Assembly (NCBI GenBank): GCA_903857255.1
Contig: CAIODY010000034.1
Span: forward strand, 8,127 to 72,126
Source of the DNA: an uncultured bacterium
GTDB taxonomy: Bacteria > Bacteroidota > Bacteroidia > Chitinophagales > CAIODY01
Direction of reading: 5' to 3'
DNA length: 64,000 nt
The position numbers and the translations under genes were made by a program. Under the pieces are notes generated by a model, which was not told the origin of the DNA, ran no database searches, and saw only the letters and a program-made list of their open reading frames with translations. Shown here piece by piece: positions 57,775 through 64,000 of this stretch (its first letter is position 1; each line of letters opens with the position of its first letter).

Positions 57775-58449
57775 TTAAGAAACATACTCAAATTTGTAAC
57801 CAACCCCTTTAATCGTTTTAATCACTTCATCTCCTAATTTGCTTCTTATCTTTCTGATGTGAACATCAATAGTTCTATCCCCAACATACACATCATCGCC
57901 CCAAACACGGCTCAATATCTCATTTCTATAAAAAACTCTACCAGGTTTTGAAGCTAATAAACTTAAAAGTTCAAATTCTTTTCTTGCCAAATCAACGGGT
58001 TTATCTTTTTGGAAAACCACATATTGTTCTTTATCAATCACAATATCACCATAAGCCATTTTAGAAGTATTGCCACTGTCGGCACTTCTTCTTAATAAAG
58101 CATTCACACGACTAATCAGCAATCGGGGTTTGATAGGTTTAGCAATATATTCATCAGCACCCACCTCAAAGCCTTTCAGTTCACTTTGTTCATCATCTAA
58201 AGCAGTTAAGAAAGCAATCAAGCAAGTTTTTAATTCAGGTAGCTTTCTGATTTGCTCACAAGCTTCAATACCTGTTTTTTCAGGCATCATAATATCTAAC
58301 AGAATTAAATTAGGTTTGTGTTTCTTCGCCAATTCAATAGCTTCGTTGCCATTTTTACCTGTAATCACCTCATATCCTTCTTTTGAAAGATTATAAGCGA
58401 TGAAATCTAAAATATCAATCTCATCATCTACTACTAAAATTTTAGCCAT
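57775..58449 (-). CDS. OmpR/PhoB-family response regulator (orphan: no kinase adjacent)
   Basis: Receiver domain (ILVVDDE, LILLDIMMP) plus winged-helix domain (VHIRKIRSKL, GVGYKF). Confidence 0.9.
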   Translation of the reverse strand: MAKILVVDDEIDILDFIAYNLSKEGYEVITGKNGNEAIELAKKHKPNLILLDIMMPEKTGIEACEQIRKLPELKTCLIAFLTALDDEQSELKGFEVGADEYIAKPIKPRLLISRVNALLRRSADSGNTSKMAYGDIVIDKEQYVVFQKDKPVDLARKEFELLSLLASKPGRVFYRNEILSRVWGDDVYVGDRTIDVHIRKIRSKLGDEVIKTIKGVGYKFEYVS

Positions 58450-58675
58450 GCTTTTTTTTTATGTTTACAAAGTTCGTTGAAAGCTTTTATTAACCCAATG
58501 TTTTTCTCATTAACTTAATGTTACTAAAAGCGATGAATTGAGCAATGACATTTATTTTATTAAAAACAACAGATAAGTAAAGGCAATAGTCTCCAACAAA
58601 TAATTGAGAAAGAATAAATAGGTTTCTGCTTTTGAAAAACTGCGAAAGATTTTACTGAAGCAGTGCAAAAAAAAA

Positions 58676-58705
58676 TTTGTTGTTTCAAACTTTTTTCTAT
58701 TTTTG
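58676..58705 (+). promoter_or_regulatory. Probable Bacteroidota sigma-A promoter (-33 TTTG, 18-nt spacer, -7 TATTTTTG)
   Basis: tttgttgtttcaaacttttttctatttttg. The -7 box at 58698-58705 lies 26 nt before the ATG. A similar segment recurs at 60226-60256. Confidence 0.45.
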
Positions 58706-58731
58706 TTAAAACATTTAATTACTATTATTTT

Positions 58732-59628
58732 ATGAAGAAAAACGCTTTACTTTTTTTCGCTGCTTTGGCAGTAGGTTATGTTACTTTAACTGCTTATCAT
58801 GCTGGCGCAGGCAATAGTGGCTGGGATTGCACTGGTGCTGAAACAGGCTTGAGCAACCCAACTGGTTGCAAGGGTAGCGGTTGTCATGCATCAAGCACTA
58901 CCGCTAACATTGGTGTTACTTTAGAATTAGATTCGGCTGGTGTTGCCACTACTCGTTATGTAGCAGGTATGAATTACACCGTAAAAATTACTGGCACAAA
59001 CAATGGAAGTACTTCATTGCCAAAATTTGGTTTTCAAATTGGTTGTATTACAGGTTCTACTGCACAAGCTACACCAACTAATGCAGGTACATGGGCAACT
59101 ACAGGCTTACCTGCTTCTACACGTTATACAGGGGCTTCAGCTAATAATTTTGTAGTCAATGTGGTGGAGCAAAGTGCAGCTATTGCAGCCACTTCGGGTA
59201 GTGGTGGTAGCGGAACTACTTATACCAACTCATTTACTTGGACTGCGCCTGTTGCAGGCACAGGCACTATCTCTTTTTGGGGGGTGTTAAATGCAGTGAA
59301 TGGCAATGGCAATCAAGATTCGGGTGATTTGTGGAATACTACTTCCTTAGTAATTTCTGAAAAAACTGCATCAGGAATTAATGAGGTGAATGCTTTAAAT
59401 TTAAACATCTATCCTAACCCTACGCATCAAACTTTAATGGTAAATTGTGCAACACCAGTGCAAACTATGGAAGTGTTTGACATGATGGGTCGCCATGTGA
59501 ATGTGGCTTATACTGCCAATGAAAATCATTATGCATTAAATGTTAGCGAATTAAATGCAGGTATTTATTTCGTTAAAGCATTAGATAGTAAAGGTGCTAT
59601 TGCCTTAGAAAAGTTTATTAAAGAGTAA
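58732..59628 (+). CDS. T9SS-exported protein, paralog 1: N-terminal C-X4-CH motif, reeler/DOMON-like beta-sandwich pattern, type-A sorting CTD
   Basis: Signal peptide MKKNALLFFAALAV. GCKGSGCH (58867-58887). FGFQIG and FTWTAPVAGTGTISFWGV pattern. C-terminal IYPNP...LNAGIYFVK... (T9SS CTD). Confidence 0.7.
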   Translation: MKKNALLFFAALAVGYVTLTAYHAGAGNSGWDCTGAETGLSNPTGCKGSGCHASSTTANIGVTLELDSAGVATTRYVAGMNYTVKITGTNNGSTSLPKFGFQIGCITGSTAQATPTNAGTWATTGLPASTRYTGASANNFVVNVVEQSAAIAATSGSGGSGTTYTNSFTWTAPVAGTGTISFWGVLNAVNGNGNQDSGDLWNTTSLVISEKTASGINEVNALNLNIYPNPTHQTLMVNCATPVQTMEVFDMMGRHVNVAYTANENHYALNVSELNAGIYFVKALDSKGAIALEKFIKE

Positions 59629-59658
59629 TTGTAAATAGGTTTTGTTGTTTTTAGAAAT

Positions 59659-59694
59659 GAAACTCACTTTTGAAATATAGAGTGAGTTTTTTTT
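59659..59694 (+). terminator. Rho-independent terminator
   Basis: gaaactcact (59659-59668) pairs with agtgagtttt (59681-59690). A T-run follows. Confidence 0.7.
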
Positions 59695-59796
59695 GCCTTA
59701 TAAATGAAGGATGCAAAAAAAACATTACAGGCATTAAACCTTGCTTTTAATTTGTAGTCTTCTTAAGGCAAATGTTTAAACAACGACTAAAATAAA

Positions 59797-60207
59797 ATGG
59801 ACAGAAAACAATTTTTAAAATCAACTCTTTTATTAGGTGGATTAGGCTTAGCAGGTTCGGCTTTATTAATTGAAAGCTGTAAAAAATCAAGTAATACTGC
59901 TGCTGTTAATTTCACTTTAGATTTATCGCAATCAGTCAATTCAGCATTAAATTCAGTTGGGGGTTCTGTTGCATCCAATAATGTAGTAGTGATTTGCACT
60001 GCCACAAATACTTGGGTAGCCTTATCGCAATTGTGTACGCATCAAGGTTGTTCGTTAAGTTATTCCAAATCGGCTAAGCAATTAATTTGCCCATGTCATG
60101 GCGGCACTTTTGATACAAGTGGAAATGTAGTTTCGGGCCCACCGCCTTCTGCCTTAACTAAATATACAGTTACTAAAAGCGGAACAGTATTAACTATTAC
60201 AGGCTAA
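59797..60207 (+). CDS. Small exported Rieske [2Fe-2S] lipoprotein
   Basis: Rieske ligand motifs CTHQGC and CPCHG. N-terminus DRKQFLKSTLLLGGLGLAGSALLIESC (Tat-like or lipoprotein signal). Confidence 0.85.
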   Translation: MDRKQFLKSTLLLGGLGLAGSALLIESCKKSSNTAAVNFTLDLSQSVNSALNSVGGSVASNNVVVICTATNTWVALSQLCTHQGCSLSYSKSAKQLICPCHGGTFDTSGNVVSGPPPSALTKYTVTKSGTVLTITG

Positions 60208-60356
60208 AATTTAATCGACAAATATTTTGTTGTTTCAACATTTCTTGTTTTTTTTGTACTTACTGAAACGAGTGATTTTTGTCACTTTTAAAATTGATTA
60301 CTACATCTATTTTTGCAAAAATTATCATTTACTAAAAACAACATCAAAACATCAAA

Positions 60357-61166
60357 ATGAAGAAAATTACACTCTTAACTACTGTAGCTATAATTGCTGC
60401 TTTGTTTATCAATGTAAACAACAATCGTGTTAACTCAAGAAGCAGCGGCGCACCTGCTGGTAATGCAGGCAATCCATCAGCAGGCAATTCTAATTGTTAC
60501 ACTAGTTGCCACAATGAAACAGTTGCCAATCTTTCATCAACACAAGGTGGTGTAACACTTTCACTTCGTGGTGTAGCTGCAACAACTGGCTATTATCCTG
60601 ATTCTACTTATACGGTTACGTCATCAATTTCTGTATCAGCAAGTGGGCACGGGTTTCAAACTACAGCCGAATCTTCTTCAGGTTTTGCTGGAACATTCAC
60701 AGCAGGTTCGGGCAATAAAGTTACAGGCACTAATTATGTAACACATACTTCTCCAATTAGCTCAACACCAGCATCATGGTCTTACACTTGGAAAGCACCA
60801 AGCGCAGGTAAAGGAACGGTTACATTTTATTCAGCCTTTATGACTTACAATGTTCATACATATTTATCTACTTCTGCTTTTACTGAATTAACACCAGTGA
60901 ATACAACAGGCATTAAAAATTTGGATGAATTTGCATTCTCAATTTATCCTAATCCAACAGTTCATAAATTCAATATTTCAGTACCTGAATTGAATAGCTC
61001 ATCAACCATTGAAATTTATGACATCGCAGGAAAATTAGTTCAGCATTTAAACTTTGAAGCAGCTAACAATATCGAAGCAAACATTAGCAATTTGAATGCA
61101 GGAATTTATTTTGTGAAATTAACAGCAGGTAACAAAACAGGCATTTCTAAATTAATAAAACAATAA
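60357..61166 (+). CDS. T9SS-exported protein, paralog 2: SSGAP...C-X3-CH motif, reeler/DOMON-like pattern, type-A sorting CTD
   Basis: Signal peptide. SSGAPAGNAGNP...CYTSCH (60495-60512). GHGFQTTA and WSYTWKAPSAGKGTVTFYSAF. C-terminal IYPNP...LNAGIYFVKL. Confidence 0.7.
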   Translation: MKKITLLTTVAIIAALFINVNNNRVNSRSSGAPAGNAGNPSAGNSNCYTSCHNETVANLSSTQGGVTLSLRGVAATTGYYPDSTYTVTSSISVSASGHGFQTTAESSSGFAGTFTAGSGNKVTGTNYVTHTSPISSTPASWSYTWKAPSAGKGTVTFYSAFMTYNVHTYLSTSAFTELTPVNTTGIKNLDEFAFSIYPNPTVHKFNISVPELNSSSTIEIYDIAGKLVQHLNFEAANNIEANISNLNAGIYFVKLTAGNKTGISKLIKQ

Positions 61167-61178
61167 CTAAATCTTATA

Positions 61179-61213
61179 ACAGCAGTTGCATAACTTGCAT
61201 CTGCTGTTTTTTT
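61179..61213 (+). terminator. Rho-independent terminator
   Basis: aacagcag (61179-61186) pairs with ctgctgtt (61201-61208). A T-run follows. Confidence 0.65.
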
Positions 61214-61229
61214 AAAACACCCAATCAAC

Positions 61230-61619
61230 ATGAAGAAAAACTTACTCTTTGTTATGGTAATAGTTGTTGCAGCCTTATTAATGAATAATGCTTGCAAAAA
61301 AGATAAAGCACAAGCAATTGTTGCAACTGCTAATGTACCAGATACTTGCTCTGCAATTACTTTTACTAAAACGATTATGCCCATCATTACAACCAGTTGT
61401 GCAACAGGCTCTAAATGCCATGGTGCTGGCTCATCGCATAATGTGTATTCTAATTACGCAAGCATTAGCAGTGAAGTAACTAATGGTTTTTTAACTGTAA
61501 GTAGCAATCAAATATTGGGTAAAGGCATTGATATGACTGGTCCGTTAAATGGCAATTTAACGCAATCGCAAATCAATCAATTTATTTGTTGGCTAAATAG
61601 TGGCGCACCAAATAATTAG
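61230..61619 (+). CDS. Small lipoprotein with a cytochrome-c-like (PSCyt/haem-binding-domain-like) pattern but non-canonical C-X5-CH
   Basis: Lipobox LLMNNAC. FTKTIMPIITTSCATGSKCHG (Cys...Cys-His at 61398-61421). C-terminal QFICWLNSGAPNN. Confidence 0.55.
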   Translation: MKKNLLFVMVIVVAALLMNNACKKDKAQAIVATANVPDTCSAITFTKTIMPIITTSCATGSKCHGAGSSHNVYSNYASISSEVTNGFLTVSSNQILGKGIDMTGPLNGNLTQSQINQFICWLNSGAPNN

Positions 61620-61669
61620 TTGGAACACTAATTGCATCTTGTTGTTTTATAATCAAAATCAAATCAATC

Positions 61670-62227
61670 ATGAAAAATTATTTTTTAGTTCTCGTTAGTT
61701 TTTTGTTTGCTTTTTCAACTGTAAAAGCACAAGACATTTACATTGCACCAACTGCCTCTATCGGTTTTTTCTCTGCCACATCTATGGAAAATATTGATGC
61801 AAAAACAAAAGAAGCTTCGGCAGCTATTAATGTGAAAACCAAAAAGATTTTCTTCAAAGTAAAAAACACTTCCTTCATTTTTAAAAGTAGTTTGATGCAA
61901 GAGCATTTTAACGAAAACTATATGGAAAGTGAAAAATTTCCATTCACTCAATTCAATGGTGAAATTGTAGATGCACCTAATCAAGATTTCACAAAAGATG
62001 GTGCTTACGAAGTAACTGTAAAAGGCAAAATGACTTTGCATGGCGTTGAAAAAGAATACACTACCAAAGGTTCTATTGTGGTGAAAGATGGTAAAATAAG
62101 AGCGCAAGCTAAATTCAATATCAAAATGGAAGACCACAAAATAAAAATACCAAGTGTGGTTGGTGCAAATATTGCTGAACAAGTGGAAGTTAATGTTGAT
62201 GCCACTTTTGAGCCACAAAAAAAATAA
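61670..62227 (+). CDS. YceI-family (polyisoprenoid/lipid-binding) periplasmic protein
   Basis: Signal peptide. EHFNENYMESEKFPFTQFNG and GKMTLHGVEKEYT match the YceI-like pattern. Confidence 0.75.
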   Translation: MKNYFLVLVSFLFAFSTVKAQDIYIAPTASIGFFSATSMENIDAKTKEASAAINVKTKKIFFKVKNTSFIFKSSLMQEHFNENYMESEKFPFTQFNGEIVDAPNQDFTKDGAYEVTVKGKMTLHGVEKEYTTKGSIVVKDGKIRAQAKFNIKMEDHKIKIPSVVGANIAEQVEVNVDATFEPQKK

Positions 62228-62239
62228 TCAATTCGTTTT

Positions 62240-62276
62240 AAACCCTGCAAGATTTTATTTTGCAGGGTTTCTTTTT
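62240..62276 (+). terminator. Rho-independent terminator
   Basis: aaaccctgcaa (62240-62250) pairs with ttgcagggttt (62260-62270). cttttt follows. Confidence 0.75.
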
Positions 62277-62308
62277 CAAATTTCCAACTTAAACAAATCA
62301 ATACCAAC

Positions 62309-63256
62309 ATGAAATTTTTGTACCTCTTTTTATTGGCTGCATTGGCAACCACTTCATTAAAAGCACAAGATGATTTAAGCAATTTATTTAAAGACGATAA
62401 AAAATCACACGACCCTGTTACAGCCACTTTTAAAACTACGAGATTAAACATGGGACATTCCATCGAAGTAGTAGGTAAACATCAATTAGATGTTAGAATT
62501 TCACACGTTTTTGGTGAAGTGCATAATACATCAAGCACGGCTGATTTACATTCCTTATATGGTTTAGAAAGTATTTCAAATGTGCGTATTGCTTTTGAAT
62601 ATGGTGTTACAGATAAATTAACAGCAGGCTTTGGTCGCAGCAAGGGTTTTGGTGCAGCTAAAGAATTATACGATGGCTTTTTAAAATACAAATTATTGCG
62701 CCAAACCATTGACAACAAAATGCCTGTAACTGTAACATTGGTGGGCACTGCACAAGTGAGTGGAATGATTGCATCTACCGACCCTACCAGTGAAACCAGC
62801 TATGGTAATTTTTCTCAACGTTGGAGTTATTCAACACAAGCATTAATCGCTCGTAAATTCAGCGAAAAATTATCATTGCAAATAATGCCAACTTGGATTC
62901 ATCGCAATTATGTGGTGGCAGCAAATACTTTAACAAATTTACCTGCTGATGAAAATGATATGTTTGCCATTGGTGTTGGCGGCAGATATAAATTTAGTAA
63001 ACGTAGTGCCATCATTATTGATTGGTTTATGCCTTTTAGCAATTACCGAACACAAGAACACAAACAAGGATTGTATTACAATCCACTTGGAATAGGCTAT
63101 GAGATTGAAACTGGCGGACATGTGTTTCATTTAAGCTTAGTAAACACAGGTGGATTTTCCGAACAAGATTTTATTTCCAACAGCCCAACATCATGGACTA
63201 AATGGGGATTCCGTTTAGGATTTAATATCAGCCGTTGGTTTACTATCGGGCACTAA
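62309..63256 (+). CDS. Outer-membrane beta-barrel protein (DUF5777-like)
   Basis: Signal peptide. TFKTTRLNMGHSIEVVGKHQLDVRISHVFG resembles the DUF5777 N-terminal pattern as I recall it. Alternating beta-strand pattern. Confidence 0.6.
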   Translation: MKFLYLFLLAALATTSLKAQDDLSNLFKDDKKSHDPVTATFKTTRLNMGHSIEVVGKHQLDVRISHVFGEVHNTSSTADLHSLYGLESISNVRIAFEYGVTDKLTAGFGRSKGFGAAKELYDGFLKYKLLRQTIDNKMPVTVTLVGTAQVSGMIASTDPTSETSYGNFSQRWSYSTQALIARKFSEKLSLQIMPTWIHRNYVVAANTLTNLPADENDMFAIGVGGRYKFSKRSAIIIDWFMPFSNYRTQEHKQGLYYNPLGIGYEIETGGHVFHLSLVNTGGFSEQDFISNSPTSWTKWGFRLGFNISRWFTIGH

Positions 63257-63283
63257 TTTTTGTTTCAAAAAAAATAATTTTAA

Positions 63284-63312
63284 AAGGCAATCATTTATGA
63301 TTGCCTTTTTTA
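63284..63312. terminator. Bidirectional rho-independent terminator
   Basis: aaggcaatca (63284-63293) pairs with tgattgcctt (63298-63307). It is flanked by an A-run and a T-run, between convergent genes. Confidence 0.75.
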
Positions 63313-63324
63313 TTTCCATCAATT

Positions 63325-63681
63325 TTACGAATGATAAACTCGTGAAGCGATAATTTTTCCATTTTCAATTACTAATATTTCACCTACTCGTAAATCAGGT
63401 TCATTGGGCGTTTGACGAATATACTCCATAAAAATTTGTTCGTCATCAGCAGTCAATTTAATCACTTCATAATGCAAATTGGGTAAGCGATTAAATGCAT
63501 CAGCCCACCAATTTCGTAAAGCAGCTTTTCCTTTTATCCATCCATTAGTTTCAGGTTGATGAAGTTTTAATTTGGGGCTGTAATGCTCGGCATTATCATC
63601 ATACAAACTCAATAACTTTTTTAAATCGTGTTGATTAAAAGCTTCGAACCATTGATTGGCTATATGTTTTAAGGAATTCAT
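63325..63681 (-). CDS. NTF2/SnoaL-like fold protein
   Basis: 118 aa from the ATG at 63679-63681. WFEAFNQHDLKKLLSLYDDNAEHYSP is typical of SnoaL-like/NTF2 proteins. Confidence 0.65.
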   Translation of the reverse strand: MNSLKHIANQWFEAFNQHDLKKLLSLYDDNAEHYSPKLKLHQPETNGWIKGKAALRNWWADAFNRLPNLHYEVIKLTADDEQIFMEYIRQTPNEPDLRVGEILVIENGKIIASRVYHS

Positions 63682-63737
63682 GATAAAATAAAAAAACAAA
63701 GATAGTTTTCAATTGGCAATAGAAATAAAAAAGCAAT

Positions 63738-63745
63738 TACCTTTG
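63738..63745 (+). promoter_or_regulatory. Bacteroidota -7 box (TAnnTTTG)
   Basis: tacctttg lies 41 nt upstream of the ATG at 63787. Confidence 0.3.
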
Positions 63746-63786
63746 AACAGACTTATAGCAACAATTCAGCAACGATAATTTAACCG

Positions 63787-64000
63787 ATGAAACCAAAGCA
63801 CCCAAAAGAACTTCCATTTTTATTATACGCCGATGCTAATGGCAAAGTATTTGAAGATACCACGATGTACATGGCTGGCAGAAGTGGTTGGGATGCTGTT
63901 GTACCCGAATTAGAAGATTTAATTGAGATGCCCGAAGGCAGTGAATTTTATGTTTTGCCTGGTAGAAAAGCAGCAGGCTTTGATGTAGAAACTGGCGAAT
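63787..64000 (+). CDS. Hypothetical protein, N-terminal part only (runs off the window); possibly the N-terminal region of a Bacteroidota radical-SAM-family protein
   Basis: Own translation: MKPKHPKELPFLLYADANGKVFEDTTMYMAGRSGWDAVVPELEDLIEMPEGSEFYVLPGRKAAGFDVETGE. The family assignment is from memory only. Confidence 0.35.
   Translation, partial: MKPKHPKELPFLLYADANGKVFEDTTMYMAGRSGWDAVVPELEDLIEMPEGSEFYVLPGRKAAGFDVETGE

Noticed and set aside
60227-60433. 68-aa ORF in the Rieske-to-paralog-2 spacer.
   Set aside because: AT-rich, low-complexity translation (FLFFLYLL..., Cys/Tyr-rich tail). It overlaps the well-supported start of 60357-61166, and the region is better explained as promoter/leader.
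1-64000. Roughly 90 short ORFs (60-170 aa) in the six-frame track that lie antisense to, or nested in, the long CDSs. Examples: 3592-3917, 8106-8484, 14008-14752, 23347-25709, 26552-27453, 37500-38187, 43881-44375, 61715-62463.
   Set aside because: They overlap well-supported genes on the other strand or frame, have low-complexity or hydrophobic shadow-frame composition, and show no recognisable motifs. This is expected in an AT-rich genome with few stops in some frames.
1-64000. Search for rRNA, tRNA, tmRNA, CRISPR arrays, intact transposases or integrases.
   Set aside because: By eye, no intergenic region shows tRNA-like T-arm/acceptor features, rRNA signatures or regularly spaced repeats, and no ORF resembles a transposase or integrase. 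A tRNAscan/Infernal run would be needed for certainty.

Overview
AT-rich chromosomal window from a Bacteroidota bacterium. The assignment rests on the gldK/L/M/N, porP/sprF and gldC gliding/type IX secretion (T9SS) genes, on T9SS type-A C-terminal sorting domains, and on TAnnTTTG -7 promoter boxes. Most of the window is housekeeping: cysS, murF, serC, ubiX, cmk, gmk, dut, smpB, fabH, plsC, pepA, hemB, hppD, korAB, a fused E1 dehydrogenase, PRODH and a MATE pump. I saw no rRNA, tRNA, tmRNA or CRISPR array. All calls come from reading the ORF translations and the DNA by eye; nothing was searched or computed.

Observations worth a second look:
1. 58.4-63.3 kb: a co-directional cluster that I consider the best candidate for an undescribed system. 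It encodes two paralogous T9SS-exported proteins with an N-terminal Cys-Xn-Cys-His motif and a reeler/DOMON-like sequence pattern, a small Rieske 2Fe-2S lipoprotein, a cytochrome-c-like lipoprotein, a YceI protein and a DUF5777-like beta-barrel. An orphan OmpR-type regulator lies next to it. The T9SS core operon sits in the same window.
2. 46.7-49.0 kb: a small accessory islet between gmk and korA. It contains a DUF6169-like gene and a strongly acidic protein translationally coupled to a divergent uracil-DNA-glycosylase-fold protein.
3. 51.0-51.5 kb: a frameshifted four-helix-bundle gene inserted between korA and korB, flanked by a 30-bp direct repeat.
4. 42.87-42.90 kb: a 39-bp GC-rich palindrome embedded in frame in a helicase gene.
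5. 590-660: a compact structured intergenic element upstream of a zeta-toxin-like ATPase.
6. Also a tandem array of three paralogous beta-barrel-like genes, a PIN/DUF6364 toxin-antitoxin pair abutting cysS, and a 1559-aa hybrid kinase with seven tandem PAS-type modules.
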